A stretch of 46,155 nucleotides of DNA from Patescibacteria group bacterium (GTDB lineage: Bacteria > Patescibacteriota > Minisyncoccia > UBA6257 > 1-14-0-10-40-38). The translations under genes and the position numbers were made by a program. The stretch is from NCBI GenBank assembly GCA_038063175.1, contig JBBTVP010000007.1:1-46155 (forward strand), written 5' to 3'. Position 1 is the first letter of the stretch. The number at the start of each line of letters is the position of its first letter. The notes under the pieces were generated by a model that did not search any database, was not told the DNA's origin, and worked only from the letters and a program-made list of their open reading frames with translations. Shown here in pieces: positions 34,359-43,954 of the stretch.

Positions 34359-35021
34359 CTAACCGCCGATTTCGAATGTTTCGCCGAGACCGAGAGATTT
34401 AAAAGCGATACCAGCGCTCTTGAGCGTTCGTTCAGCCATTCCATAAATTCGAGTGAGCATGAAATCCTTAATAATCGCATCGTGAATAGGAATAACCACC
34501 TTTGGCTTTATGCGGAGCGCGGTTTCGATCGCTTTCGTGGTTGTAAGCCAAGGGGCGGCAATAGGGAGAAAAAACACATCAAGGTGCTCGGCAAGCGTGA
34601 AATCGAGCGAATCTCCTGGATGAAAAATTTTATTATTTATAAGAAATCCGATGTTTTCCGGCGCAGGGATTGGCAATGATCCATGCGGTGCTTTTATGCC
34701 GGTAATAGAAAAGCTGCCGATCTGAATCTTGCTATCAGCCAAAAGGACTTCAGAAGACATCATTTTAACTTCTTCGAGGAGTGAAGTAATGCATTGGTGA
34801 GTGATAATCCGAATTTTTCTTTTTGCATCGAGCGCCCGGAGTGCAGCAGGAAAATAATGATCCGAGTGTTCATGGCTTATGAGTACGGCGTCGGCTGCCG
34901 GCAAATCTTCTGGTACAATCATTTTTTCAATGAAACTAAATTCACCCGGATCAATAATAAGCGACGAACTGCCGGATTCAAGATAAATACAGGAATGTAA
35001 AAACTTTTTTATGATCATCAC
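34359..35021 (-). CDS. MBL-fold metallo-hydrolase
   Basis: ISHEHSDH motif, 220 aa. 4-nt overlap with pyrG upstream. Confidence 0.75.
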   Translation of the reverse strand: MMIIKKFLHSCIYLESGSSSLIIDPGEFSFIEKMIVPEDLPAADAVLISHEHSDHYFPAALRALDAKRKIRIITHQCITSLLEEVKMMSSEVLLADSKIQIGSFSITGIKAPHGSLPIPAPENIGFLINNKIFHPGDSLDFTLAEHLDVFFLPIAAPWLTTTKAIETALRIKPKVVIPIHDAIIKDFMLTRIYGMAERTLKSAGIAFKSLGLGETFEIGG

Positions 35022-36670
35022 GGTATGCGTCGAGTAGATGCCGCGCGGAGAAATGCAACGAACAGGGGATGCGGAGAAAGTGGTCGGGATTTGAGCTCCG
35101 GATGGAACTGTGTGCCGAGGAAAAACGGGTGAATTTTTCTAGGAAGTTCCATAATTTCCATAAGTGTTCCGTCCGGGGATTTGCCCGAAAACACGAGCCC
35201 TTTTCCCGTAAGGCGGTCAACGTATTCAGGATTCACTTCATAGCGATGTCGGTGACGTTCAGAAATCTTTTGTGAACGGTAAGCGTGGGCAGCGTGGGTA
35301 TTCTTTAGGAGTTCTGCAGGATAAGCGCCGAGCCGCATAGTGGCGCCAAAGTTCTTTTCCGCAAGGTTTTTCTTCTGTCCGGGCATGATATCAATGACTG
35401 GGTGTGTCGTATCTGATTTGACCTCGGTGGTGTGGGCATCTCGAAGTCCTGCAACCTCTCTCGCGTATTCAACGACGGCGAGTTGCATGCCGTAGCAGAG
35501 GCCGAAATAAGGTATTTTGTTCTTTCGGCAAAAACGTATCACGGAAATTTTTCCCTCGACACCACGCCCACCGAATCCTCCGGGAACAATGATGCCGTTA
35601 AATGTGCGGAGTTTCCTTAGGTTTCCTTTCTGTGTTTCGAATTCTTCTGAATTAATCCATGTGATGATGGGTTTTTTATGAACTTTTGCCGCCGCGTGTT
35701 TCACCGCTTCGATAACCGATATATAGGAGTCTTCAAGAACGAAGTCGCCGGTCCCAAAATATTTTCCGACGATGCCGATTTTTAATTCTCCCTTTGACCT
35801 ATGAATGCGTCCTACAAGATTTTTCCACTCCTTGAGATCTTGCTTCCGGGGGCGGAGCGAAAGTTTCTTTAGAATTCGCTGACTTAATTCCTCGCGCTCA
35901 AAGTTTAATGGTATGTCGTAGATACTCTCTACGTTCGGGGCTGATATCACATCGCCCCGGTTTAAGCTACACATGAATTCGAGTTTTTCCTTACGACGGG
36001 CATCAAGGGGAATATGGGCACGTCCAAACACAAGGTCCGGATGGAGTCCTACAGAATTTAACGATCGGACTGCGTGTTGTGTGGGTTTTGTTTTAAGCTC
36101 GTTACCGCCGGCGCCGAGCGCGGGAACATGGCTCACGAGGGCAAGGAGTATATCGCCGGGATTTTTGAACTTGAGCATGCGGATAGCTTCGAGGTAAATC
36201 ACATTGTCGTATTGACCCACGGTTCCGCCAATTTCTACCACCACGATTTCAGCATCATTCTTTTGCGCTGCCCGCTCGAGGCGACTGATGACTTCAAGGG
36301 GAATGTGCGGGACAACTTCCACGCATTTTCCTCCATACGCAAGGTTCCGCTCGCGCTCGATGACTGAAAGATACACGCTCCCGGTTGTCATGTAATTCGT
36401 TTTGCTCAAATCGCGGTTCAGGAACCGTTCATAGTTACCCATATCTTGGTCACATTCGGTGCCATCGTCCAAAACAAAAACCTCACCGTGTTCGGTGGGG
36501 TTCATAGTTCCGGCGTCGACGTTCACATATGGATCAATCTTGACCGCGGTGACTTCAAATCCCCGTGCCTGAAGGATTTTCGCAATTGACGAAGAAGCGA
36601 CGCCTTTGCCGACGCCAGACATAACGCCTCCTACTACGAAAATATACTTCGTTTTTTTCGACAAACGCAT
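35018..36670 (-). CDS. pyrG: CTP synthase
   Basis: KYIFVVGGVMSGVGKG, the DPYVNVDAGTMNP region, and glutaminase GLCYGMQ...HRHRYE. Confidence 0.95.
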   Translation of the reverse strand: MRLSKKTKYIFVVGGVMSGVGKGVASSSIAKILQARGFEVTAVKIDPYVNVDAGTMNPTEHGEVFVLDDGTECDQDMGNYERFLNRDLSKTNYMTTGSVYLSVIERERNLAYGGKCVEVVPHIPLEVISRLERAAQKNDAEIVVVEIGGTVGQYDNVIYLEAIRMLKFKNPGDILLALVSHVPALGAGGNELKTKPTQHAVRSLNSVGLHPDLVFGRAHIPLDARRKEKLEFMCSLNRGDVISAPNVESIYDIPLNFEREELSQRILKKLSLRPRKQDLKEWKNLVGRIHRSKGELKIGIVGKYFGTGDFVLEDSYISVIEAVKHAAAKVHKKPIITWINSEEFETQKGNLRKLRTFNGIIVPGGFGGRGVEGKISVIRFCRKNKIPYFGLCYGMQLAVVEYAREVAGLRDAHTTEVKSDTTHPVIDIMPGQKKNLAEKNFGATMRLGAYPAELLKNTHAAHAYRSQKISERHRHRYEVNPEYVDRLTGKGLVFSGKSPDGTLMEIMELPRKIHPFFLGTQFHPELKSRPLSPHPLFVAFLRAASTRRIP

Positions 36671-36697
36671 TGCCCTATTCTATCAAAAAATTATGAC

Positions 36698-37969
36698 TCA
36701 GTCGAAAGAGCCGTCACAAAGGCGTGGAATGCGCTTATCGTACGGGGGCTCGCCAGGCGGCGGACAAATGCGATATACCACTCCTACTTTGTCGTCGGAA
36801 ACATAGAGATTGTGGTCGGGGCCAAAGACGACATCCACTGGGCGGCCCAGTGCGCCCTGCGGGGTAAGCCAGCCGGTTACGAAATCTTCTACGCCTTCGT
36901 AAGTTCCCGATGGACTAAATTTGTGTCGCACGAGTTTGTAGCCAGTAGGATCACTCCGATTCCATGAACCGTGGTATGCGACAATGAGGTCACCACGATA
37001 ATCCTCGGGCCACCACATTGAGTCCCACGGAATAAACGCGAGCCCAAGCGGAGCCGAATGCGCAGGTACATCAATCGTACTTGGCATTTCAAACGGTTCC
37101 ATGCAGGGGTTGCGGATATAGGTGTTTTTGTCAAACTCGGTATCGTGAATGTTTTGTCCATAGCATATCGGCCAACCAAAATTCGCCGAAGGCGAATTTT
37201 GGCCCGATCCCGTCGAGGGACTACCGATGCCGAGTATATTAATTTCATCTGGCGGCACGTCATCACCTAAAAGATCTCGACCCATATCGGTACCCCACAT
37301 TTGTCCGGTTTTCGGATGCCACGTAAAAAAAACGGTATTGCGAAGACCGCGAGCGAATTCCGTCATTGTTTTCTTAGCGGTATCTACGGTGAAAATCTTT
37401 GCGCGACGGTCGTCGGATTCGAGACACACATTGCATGATGAGCCAACCGAAACATAGAGACGATTATCCGGACCAAATTTGATGGTTCGCGTGTAGTGAC
37501 CGTTTCCAGAGGGAAGATCCGCAATTGGTTCAAGTATACCCTCCGGGGCATGAAACGTCGGCAACTGTGTAATTCTTGCAATCCGATGTTCTTCGGCGAT
37601 GTAGCGAACATCGTTTTCCCAATCAACCGCGATCCCATGCGGTTTATTGAGGTTTTTTAAAACTAATCCTTTGCCGTTGAATTCACCGTTTTCAATATAA
37701 ATCTCGGTTATCGTTCCTTCGGAAGTTTGACTCACCCACATACTTGAAACATCAAACGCTATCACCCGTGCTCCTGGTACGTTGTCTGCAAATATCTCAA
37801 TCGAAAAACCAGGAGGAATGGAAAGGGGAATACTAGTGGTATTTCCATCTCCAATACCATCAGGTGCGGGTCCGATCGCAGGCCATAATCCGGGGAGGTA
37901 GCGATAGCCAAACAGGCCTCCCACGAGGATGATGGCAAGAATTGAGGTGATTGTCGTTATTCGCTTCAT
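36698..37969 (-). CDS. PQQ-dependent (soluble glucose/sorbosone) sugar dehydrogenase-like beta-propeller
   Basis: N-terminal TM/signal. PHGIAVD, RLYVSVGSSCNVC, DMGRDLLGDDVPPDEIN, PAHSAPLGLAF and LYVSDD are typical of the GSDH family. Confidence 0.7.
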   Translation of the reverse strand: MKRITTITSILAIILVGGLFGYRYLPGLWPAIGPAPDGIGDGNTTSIPLSIPPGFSIEIFADNVPGARVIAFDVSSMWVSQTSEGTITEIYIENGEFNGKGLVLKNLNKPHGIAVDWENDVRYIAEEHRIARITQLPTFHAPEGILEPIADLPSGNGHYTRTIKFGPDNRLYVSVGSSCNVCLESDDRRAKIFTVDTAKKTMTEFARGLRNTVFFTWHPKTGQMWGTDMGRDLLGDDVPPDEINILGIGSPSTGSGQNSPSANFGWPICYGQNIHDTEFDKNTYIRNPCMEPFEMPSTIDVPAHSAPLGLAFIPWDSMWWPEDYRGDLIVAYHGSWNRSDPTGYKLVRHKFSPSGTYEGVEDFVTGWLTPQGALGRPVDVVFGPDHNLYVSDDKVGVVYRICPPPGEPPYDKRIPRLCDGSFD

Positions 37970-38005
37970 ATCTTCGAAAGAAAACCAGATTCTATATTAT
38001 CACAA

Positions 38006-38034
38006 AGAAAATACCCCTTGGTATGGGGTATTTT
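38006..38034 (-). terminator. Terminator downstream of the 38056-38970 gene
   Basis: gaaaatacccc (38006-16) / ggggtattttc (38024-34), 7-nt loop. T-rich on the minus strand after the stem. Confidence 0.7.
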
Positions 38035-38055
38035 CTCGGAATCACTTAACCTGAC

Positions 38056-38970
38056 TTACGGCAGAGTAATAAGCTGCTGCTCGGCGCTCGTGGTCGGATT
38101 ACCTGCAGCATCTGCTGAATATGCGCGGTAGTAATAAGTAGTACTCGCGGTGAGGCCGATGATCGGGAGGTTGTGGCTTACGACAAGGGTTCCATCACTT
38201 ACCATTGCGGCGGTAGTGGTAGAGAATCCGCTTGTGATAGAGTACCAAACTTTACTTGTAGCAGACTCATTTGTGCTCCAGATTATGTTTGTAGTGCTCG
38301 CGGTTGTGCTCGTCGCAGTGAGGCCAGAGATGACGGGCGGTGTCGTGTCCGGCGGAGGAGGGGGAGTCGGCGGAGTTGAGGTGCTCGACGTGCCATGCGG
38401 ACCACCCTGCCCTAATAATTTGAGGATACCAGGGGGAAGAGGCGACTTGCATGGAGGAAGGTTTGGAAGACCCTTTTTCGCCTGACCCGGGGAGATCAAA
38501 TGTCCGGGCGGAAGGCATGCTTTTTTACCGCCAGTCTCATCCGGTTCAATTGCAACGACAGGGGTTTCGCTCGCGTTCACCGCATATTTTTCTTTGATCT
38601 TCGCCATGGTCTGCGGTCCGGCATTTCCAACCGGTGATATACCATGCTTCAGCTGAAAGGATTTCACCGCTTCACGGGTGATCGGTCCGAAGACGCCAGT
38701 AATCCGGGGAAAGTTGAATACTCCCTCTGCCCTTAGAATTGCCTGGAGTTCTTCAACCGCCGGACCCCGATCACCTTCTTTTAAGGTGGTTACCAGGTCT
38801 TTTACGACCGTGGCTTGTTGTGCTTTTAGTATATTAATTTTTTCTTGCAATTCGGCAATTTGCTTCAAAAGATCAGAAATATTTGGAGTTGCGGTCTGCG
38901 CGAAAACAGGACCTGCCACTAACAGAGCGCCAACTGCGAAAACGAAAATAAGTGTGCTGGTTTTTTTCAT
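38056..38970 (-). CDS. Secreted protein with a peptidoglycan-binding (PG_binding_1) domain and a C-terminal Fn3-like module
   Basis: Signal peptide. GDRGPAVEELQAILRAEGVF...FGPITREAVKSFQLKHGI. A Pro-rich linker. The C-terminus is TATSTTASTTNIIWSTNESATSKVWY. Confidence 0.7.
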   Translation of the reverse strand: MKKTSTLIFVFAVGALLVAGPVFAQTATPNISDLLKQIAELQEKINILKAQQATVVKDLVTTLKEGDRGPAVEELQAILRAEGVFNFPRITGVFGPITREAVKSFQLKHGISPVGNAGPQTMAKIKEKYAVNASETPVVAIEPDETGGKKACLPPGHLISPGQAKKGLPNLPPCKSPLPPGILKLLGQGGPHGTSSTSTPPTPPPPPDTTPPVISGLTATSTTASTTNIIWSTNESATSKVWYSITSGFSTTTAAMVSDGTLVVSHNLPIIGLTASTTYYYRAYSADAAGNPTTSAEQQLITLP

Positions 38971-39061
38971 GAGTGCATAATTGAGTGAGTAATGGTTCGA
39001 TCTGAAAACAGTTTATTCAATACTAACACAGTGTATGAGGCGATGTGATGAAGCGTGTGAA

Positions 39062-39871
39062 TTACCCGGAAATCACAAAGTATCTCCCGTGGCGCCGCAG
39101 AAACCCCTCATTCACAAGCTCGGCAGTAATGTGCGTAAGCGCTTTATGTTCAATATCAAGCAGATTCGCAAGTTTCGAAATAGGGAGAGACTGGTGAGAG
39201 AGCAACACGCGCAGTAATTTACCGCGAAGTTCACGTTTCGATCCCTTGAACGATGCCTGGAGGTGATATGACTTACTGCGACGATTGGGATTCGGAACAG
39301 TTTTTCCAAGAAAAGAACCATAGTCCATGAGTGCATAGTACCAATCCCGTGGGTTTTCTCCGCGGAGCGTTTTTTCGACAAGCGAAAGTATCACTGTGTC
39401 CGAAACAAGCCGCTGACCTTTAAAAAACGCATGGATGAATGTGCGGCGAATATTTGTTTCTATAAAAGGCACTCCGATGCCAAAGGAGTAGGCGAGTATA
39501 GCACCGGCTGTTGCAGGGCCGATTCCGGGGAGCGATTCGAGTTTTTCGCGAAACCGAGGAATAGTGCCAGAAAAATCACGCATTATTATTTCGGCCGAAC
39601 GCTTGAGCATGATTGCTCTGCGGTTATACCCAAGACCCTGCCACGAACGAAGCACATGAGCGATTGGCGCCTGCGCAAGCACAGAAATGGTTGGAAAGGA
39701 AGTCAAAAAATTTTTATAAAAATCGTGGACACGCGATACCTGGGTTTGCTGAAGCATTATTTCGGATACAAGGATACGATAAGGATTTTTCGTATTGCGC
39801 CATGGAAAATCCCTCCGATGGGTGCGGTAATAGTTCCAGACAGTTTTTTTAAAATCGTGAATGCGAGTCAC
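39062..39871 (-). CDS. HhH-GPD base-excision DNA glycosylase (MutY/Nth-like N-domain) with a C-terminal winged-helix-like tail
   Basis: FPWRNTKNPYRILVSEIMLQQTQV and LPGIGPATAGAILAYSF (HhH-GPD). No CX6CX2CX5C iron-sulfur motif is visible. Confidence 0.7.
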   Translation of the reverse strand: MTRIHDFKKTVWNYYRTHRRDFPWRNTKNPYRILVSEIMLQQTQVSRVHDFYKNFLTSFPTISVLAQAPIAHVLRSWQGLGYNRRAIMLKRSAEIIMRDFSGTIPRFREKLESLPGIGPATAGAILAYSFGIGVPFIETNIRRTFIHAFFKGQRLVSDTVILSLVEKTLRGENPRDWYYALMDYGSFLGKTVPNPNRRSKSYHLQASFKGSKRELRGKLLRVLLSHQSLPISKLANLLDIEHKALTHITAELVNEGFLRRHGRYFVISG

Positions 39872-40185
39872 TGAATTTTTGCGCCTGGTGGAACTTCACG
39901 CTCCGGAACGAGGATGACGGGGGATCCATCTGAAGCGGCAAGGAGCATTCCCTGGCTTTCAAAACCCATAAGTTTTCGTGGCTCGAGATTTGCAACGATA
40001 ACGATTTCACGGTTTACGAGTGTCTCGGGCGCATACGCTTTCCCGATACCGGCAATAATCTGCCGCACTTCGGTGCCGAGGGTGACTTGGAGTTTGAGAA
40101 GTTTTTCGGAATTTTCTACGCGCTCTGCCACGGTAATTTTTGCAATACAAAGCTCTACTTTCGCAAAATCATCAAATGAAATCAT
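39868..40185 (-). CDS. tRNA-binding domain protein (CsaA/Trbp111-like)
   Basis: FAKVELCIAKITVAERVENSEKLLKLQV...IVANLEPRKLMGFESQGMLLAA. The ATG at 40183-40185 is preferred because the ORF-track extension runs into the FKBP terminator. Confidence 0.8.
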   Translation of the reverse strand: MISFDDFAKVELCIAKITVAERVENSEKLLKLQVTLGTEVRQIIAGIGKAYAPETLVNREIVIVANLEPRKLMGFESQGMLLAASDGSPVILVPEREVPPGAKIQ

Positions 40186-40199
40186 ACTCACATCATAAC

Positions 40200-40231
40200 A
40201 AAAGAACCCCGCCAAATGGAGGGGTTCTTTT
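40200..40231 (-). terminator. Terminator of the FKBP gene
   Basis: aaaagaacccc (40200-10) / ggggttctttt (40221-31), 10-nt loop. Confidence 0.7.
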
Positions 40232-40247
40232 GTGAACCGAGAGAATC

Positions 40248-40724
40248 TTAACGAATTCCTACGAGTTCAACCTCAAAGACGAGAGTTGCATTTGAGGGAA
40301 TCACTCCACCTCCTGCTCCTGCTTCGCCATAGGCGAGCGTGGGAGGAATAGTGAGCGTTCGCTTTTCCCCAACCTTCATTCCAAGGATCCCTTCTTCCCA
40401 ACCCGGGATTACCTGGCCGGCACCGAGAGTGAATTCAATCGGCTCGCCTCGATCAACGGAGCTGTCAAACTTTGTTCCATCAGTGAGCGTACCGGTGTAG
40501 TGAACTGCAACCGTATCTCCCGACTTTGCAGCTTCACCAGTGCCGCTCGCACGAACCACATACTTCAAACCAGAAAGTGTGGTGATCGCGGATGCGGTCC
40601 CATCTTCGCCATTTTGATTCATAGCTTCTCCATCGGTATCCTTGTCATTATTCATGAGACTTACGCCAACGAGAAGAATCGCAATTACCAGCAATCCTCC
40701 CCACAATGCTTTTTTTGTATTCAT
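40248..40724 (-). CDS. FKBP-type peptidyl-prolyl cis-trans isomerase, membrane-anchored
   Basis: [18 protein letters not shown]...[15 protein letters not shown]...MKVGEKR...[10 protein letters not shown]. Confidence 0.9.
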   Translation of the reverse strand: MNTKKALWGGLLVIAILLVGVSLMNNDKDTDGEAMNQNGEDGTASAITTLSGLKYVVRASGTGEAAKSGDTVAVHYTGTLTDGTKFDSSVDRGEPIEFTLGAGQVIPGWEEGILGMKVGEKRTLTIPPTLAYGEAGAGGGVIPSNATLVFEVELVGIR

Positions 40725-40872
40725 GTATAGCTTTTAGATTATTGTCTTGGCATTTCTTGCCGCATCGACCATTCCTTTATGGTAATCCCCCGGAAGGGAA
40801 TTAACAAGGAAATTATACACATTAAATCTTGTATCTGTCAATAGCACTAACAAAAACCCCGCTTCGAACAGA

Positions 40873-40907
40873 CAACCCCCTCCTTTCGTTATGAAAGGAG
40901 GGGGTTG
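40873..40907 (-). terminator. Terminator of the RRM protein gene
   Basis: Perfect 14-bp stem caaccccctccttt (40873-86) / aaaggagggggttg (40894-907), starting 8 nt after the stop. Confidence 0.75.
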
Positions 40908-40914
40908 GGGGGAC

Positions 40915-41211
40915 TTAGTATCTGTCCCGACCGCCAAAACCTTCGGAGCGCGGTGCGCGCGCTTCCATTGGCCTTGCCTCATTCACCGTAAGCATTCTGC
41001 CTCCGAACTCTTTGCCATTCCACATTTCAATGGCCTTGTCGGCTTCGGAGTCGTTTGCCATCTCGATGAATCCAAAACCCTTCGAGCGGCCCGACATCCG
41101 GTCGGTGATGATGGTGGCGTTTGCTACCGCTCCAGCCTTCGAGAACGCTTCGCGAAGTGCATCCTCGGTGGTGCTGTAGGGCAGACCGCCAACGTACAAT
41201 CTCTTTGCCAT
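40915..41211 (-). CDS. RNA-binding protein (RRM domain, glycine/arginine tail)
   Basis: RNP-2 LYVGGL and RNP-1 KGFGFIEM. 98 aa. Confidence 0.9.
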   Translation of the reverse strand: MAKRLYVGGLPYSTTEDALREAFSKAGAVANATIITDRMSGRSKGFGFIEMANDSEADKAIEMWNGKEFGGRMLTVNEARPMEARAPRSEGFGGRDRY

Positions 41212-41399
41212 CAGTACGTAATATTCAGTTAGTAATCGTTTGTAGGGCGACCACTCACCTGGCTTACGCTTCGGGATTCAAAACCTAAAGCTATCCTGAC
41301 TTATCTAAATTTTACGAGATAAGGAGACCACCAATTGAGAACCTACATTGGCATCATACCATAGTTTCATTAGAAATGCAATATGCACACTTTTTGACC

Positions 41400-41428
41400 A
41401 AAAACCCTCTGATAATCAAAGGGTTTTT
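41400..41428 (-). terminator. Terminator of the 41447-43498 gene
   Basis: aaaaaccct (41400-08) / agggttttt (41420-28). Confidence 0.65.
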
Positions 41429-41446
41429 GCAGTTTTGCCCATAAAA

Positions 41447-43498
41447 CTATTTTCCACTGCGTCCTGTAGCTTCCTTATCTCTGCGCCGTCGGAAAATGAA
41501 GTAGATTGCGCCGAGAATCGCAAGTGCAACGATCCATCCGACTAAAACATTTCCGGTTCCCAAGGTGAGGAGGTTCAGAGTGGCAGAGAGGAAGCCACCG
41601 TTGTCTGATCCTGTTTCACTCTCGGTTTCAGTCGCAGTTTCGGTTTCTTCAAGGGCGGCTTCGAGATCCAGTTCAGTGTCAGCATTGATTCCCTCGAGCA
41701 GATCGATTTCACGAAGGGTTTGTGGCGCTTGGCTCACCGGACTCTGAAAACTTACAAGTGCAAGTCCAGGATTATTTGGCTGCTGGGGAGGCGGGATCGT
41801 ACCAGATCCGCCGGGTGGCGGTGGCGGAATCGGAGTAGTGATACTTCCATTGCCTGTTCCTCCGCCACCACTGTTGCCGCCGGAAGGAGGCGGGGGAGGG
41901 GGAGGATTTTGAACAGTTTCAACAGCCGCAAAATTAGATGCCTTTGTTGCGGTGAATGTGCATACGCCAAGCGCTACGACACAAGCTGAAGGTGAACCAA
42001 TCCCGTCACTTGTCCATCCACCGGTTCCGGTCGTTGAACGAAGAATTCCGAGTGTTACCCCGTCGAATCCAGAACCGACGAAAAGAGAAAATTGGACAGG
42101 CGCGCTCATCACGGTTTCGACTCCAGGAAGCCCCCACTGAATTGCGGCACGAGGGGTAACACTTCCCGGAAAACCACTAAGTGAAGAAAGGGCAACACTG
42201 TCCGCGCTAAATGCGTTCACATTGATTGGCTGCGCATCGCTTCTTGTGAATTGGGTTCCGGCAGAAACCGTAACAAGGGTTTGTCCTCCGTTCGAGGTGA
42301 TCAGTGTCGACGAAGTATCAAGCGCGAATGTCTCGTGCGTCATCGCAGGATCACCGGAGAGCGGAACAAATTTAATTCCGACAATATCGTAAAAGTGAAC
42401 GATGCCGAAATTTTTATTAGTTTCGCCTTGGCCGCTTGTCTGGATATCGGCCGTATAGGTAGCTGGATTTAGCGGAAACGTATGGCGCCAATCAGAGGGA
42501 AGATGTTCCTGGATAAACCACGAACCGAGTTCATCCGGAGCAAAAATAAATTGATATTCTCCATTCGGAGCAGTCGCCACATTCTTAGTAGTGCCGCCGG
42601 TTGCGGTAACTGACCAACCCGGCAGCGCAGGTTCGGGATAAACTCCACTTGGCTGCCAGATACCATCAGCATTCAAGTCGTGCCATGAAAATCCGGATAC
42701 CATCGCATACGCAAAGTTCCCAAAATTCAGATTCGCTATTATCTGATTCAATCCAAGAGTCACCTTGTAGGTATCACGCCCGATTGGACTTGTTCCGGTA
42801 GCCGGGATCGTAAGCGCGTCGGATGAGGCATTATGTGGGATTGGTTCAATTGTGCCAATCGCGGGGATAGAAGAAACTGGTATTGGATCAATTGGCGCAT
42901 AGGGAAACGGTACGACATCTGGAGGCACGGTAGTACCCCATGGATCAGCAGAAAGCGGTCCGCTCGGAAATGTCTGAATCCAACGAGGCGGTTTGCCAAT
43001 CTCGCGAACAATGTAGATACCGACGGGGAGATTAGCGAAAGCATAATTTCCAGTAGCGTCGGTCATTGCCGTTCCAATAGGGGCTACGTCCGCATTAGGA
43101 TTGAACAGGTAGAGTTCAACGGTCCAGTCGGGAAGCCCGGGTTCGCCGGGAGTAAACTGATGATTGCCGTCTATATCCTCGAATACCATTCCCGAGATTT
43201 TCCCAGCCGGGACTGGGGGTGGAACAAAAACAGTTGGTTCAATAGGCGTGAAGTAGCCACCTGACCCGCCGCCAGGCGATGGTGATCCGGAAACCGGAAC
43301 AACGTCTACTTCACTAAGGGGTGCAACTGACGAGGAATCCGTTGAAGAAACCGCCGCATCGGCATCTGAAAATGCGTGAGCGGGAATTGGCCCGGAAAAC
43401 GACGTAACAATAGAAATAATCGTGAGGAATGCGGAGAGGGAAGATATGACCGATCGCCCCCGGCGCAACCTCAAAAAATGGTTGACCATAATACACAA
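41447..43498 (-). CDS. Large surface protein with SdrD-B/Cna-B-like fold repeats, a poly-Pro/Gly tract and a C-terminal anchor
   Basis: Signal-like N-terminus. GKISGMVFEDIDGNHQFTPGEPGLPDWTVELY...TDATGNYAFANLPVGIYIVRE. PPPPPPPSGGNSGGGGTG. The C-terminus is LTLGTGNVLVGWIVALAILGAIYFIFRRRRDKE. Confidence 0.75.
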   Translation of the reverse strand: MCIMVNHFLRLRRGRSVISSLSAFLTIISIVTSFSGPIPAHAFSDADAAVSSTDSSSVAPLSEVDVVPVSGSPSPGGGSGGYFTPIEPTVFVPPPVPAGKISGMVFEDIDGNHQFTPGEPGLPDWTVELYLFNPNADVAPIGTAMTDATGNYAFANLPVGIYIVREIGKPPRWIQTFPSGPLSADPWGTTVPPDVVPFPYAPIDPIPVSSIPAIGTIEPIPHNASSDALTIPATGTSPIGRDTYKVTLGLNQIIANLNFGNFAYAMVSGFSWHDLNADGIWQPSGVYPEPALPGWSVTATGGTTKNVATAPNGEYQFIFAPDELGSWFIQEHLPSDWRHTFPLNPATYTADIQTSGQGETNKNFGIVHFYDIVGIKFVPLSGDPAMTHETFALDTSSTLITSNGGQTLVTVSAGTQFTRSDAQPINVNAFSADSVALSSLSGFPGSVTPRAAIQWGLPGVETVMSAPVQFSLFVGSGFDGVTLGILRSTTGTGGWTSDGIGSPSACVVALGVCTFTATKASNFAAVETVQNPPPPPPPSGGNSGGGGTGNGSITTPIPPPPPGGSGTIPPPQQPNNPGLALVSFQSPVSQAPQTLREIDLLEGINADTELDLEAALEETETATETESETGSDNGGFLSATLNLLTLGTGNVLVGWIVALAILGAIYFIFRRRRDKEATGRSGK

Positions 43499-43539
43499 AT
43501 ATCCTCGAAATGTATCAAAAAGTCAAGAGAAGCGGGGGC

Positions 43540-43567
43540 TTGCTTATTTAAGTATACGTGGTATAAT
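43540..43567 (+). promoter_or_regulatory. Sigma70-like promoter with an extended -10
   Basis: TTGCTT (43540-45), a 16-nt spacer, tgg-TATAAT (43562-67). Then AAAGGAG lies 6 nt before the ATG at 43607. Confidence 0.55.
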
Positions 43568-43606
43568 AAAAACAGTCTCGAGTCTCATCCGAACGAAAGG
43601 AGACAC

Positions 43607-43936
43607 ATGGCTCGACAAAAAAACCCGTTCCGGCATCCCGAACTGCGGAACGCTTACGCGGTTTTGTGCGAGTATCTCGTGGAAGACAGACTGATCTCTC
43701 GCCACAAGTTTTTTGGTGCAGGGGCAATCGAAGCATTCTCGCGATGGCAGGCGGAGCATATTGCCGCAAAGAAGTTTCGGAAAATGTTCCAGCTTCCGGA
43801 GCGGACGAAAATCTGCTGCGTTGCCGAGAGAACCCCAGATCGCACGCCGAGGAGTTCTCCACCGACTTCCACGGTGCCGCACAAACCACGCCCGATCCAG
43901 GGCACACTGTTCTCGAACCCCAGCCTCATCCATTGA
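43607..43936 (+). CDS. Hypothetical protein (109 aa)
   Basis: Best-supported frame in a stretch open in many frames, given the promoter plus strong SD (aaaggag) plus ATG. The N-terminal half looks globular. The C-terminal half is P/S/T/R-rich. Confidence 0.45.
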   Translation: MARQKNPFRHPELRNAYAVLCEYLVEDRLISRHKFFGAGAIEAFSRWQAEHIAAKKFRKMFQLPERTKICCVAERTPDRTPRSSPPTSTVPHKPRPIQGTLFSNPSLIH

Positions 43937-43954
43937 GGCGGGGGTTCTTCATTT

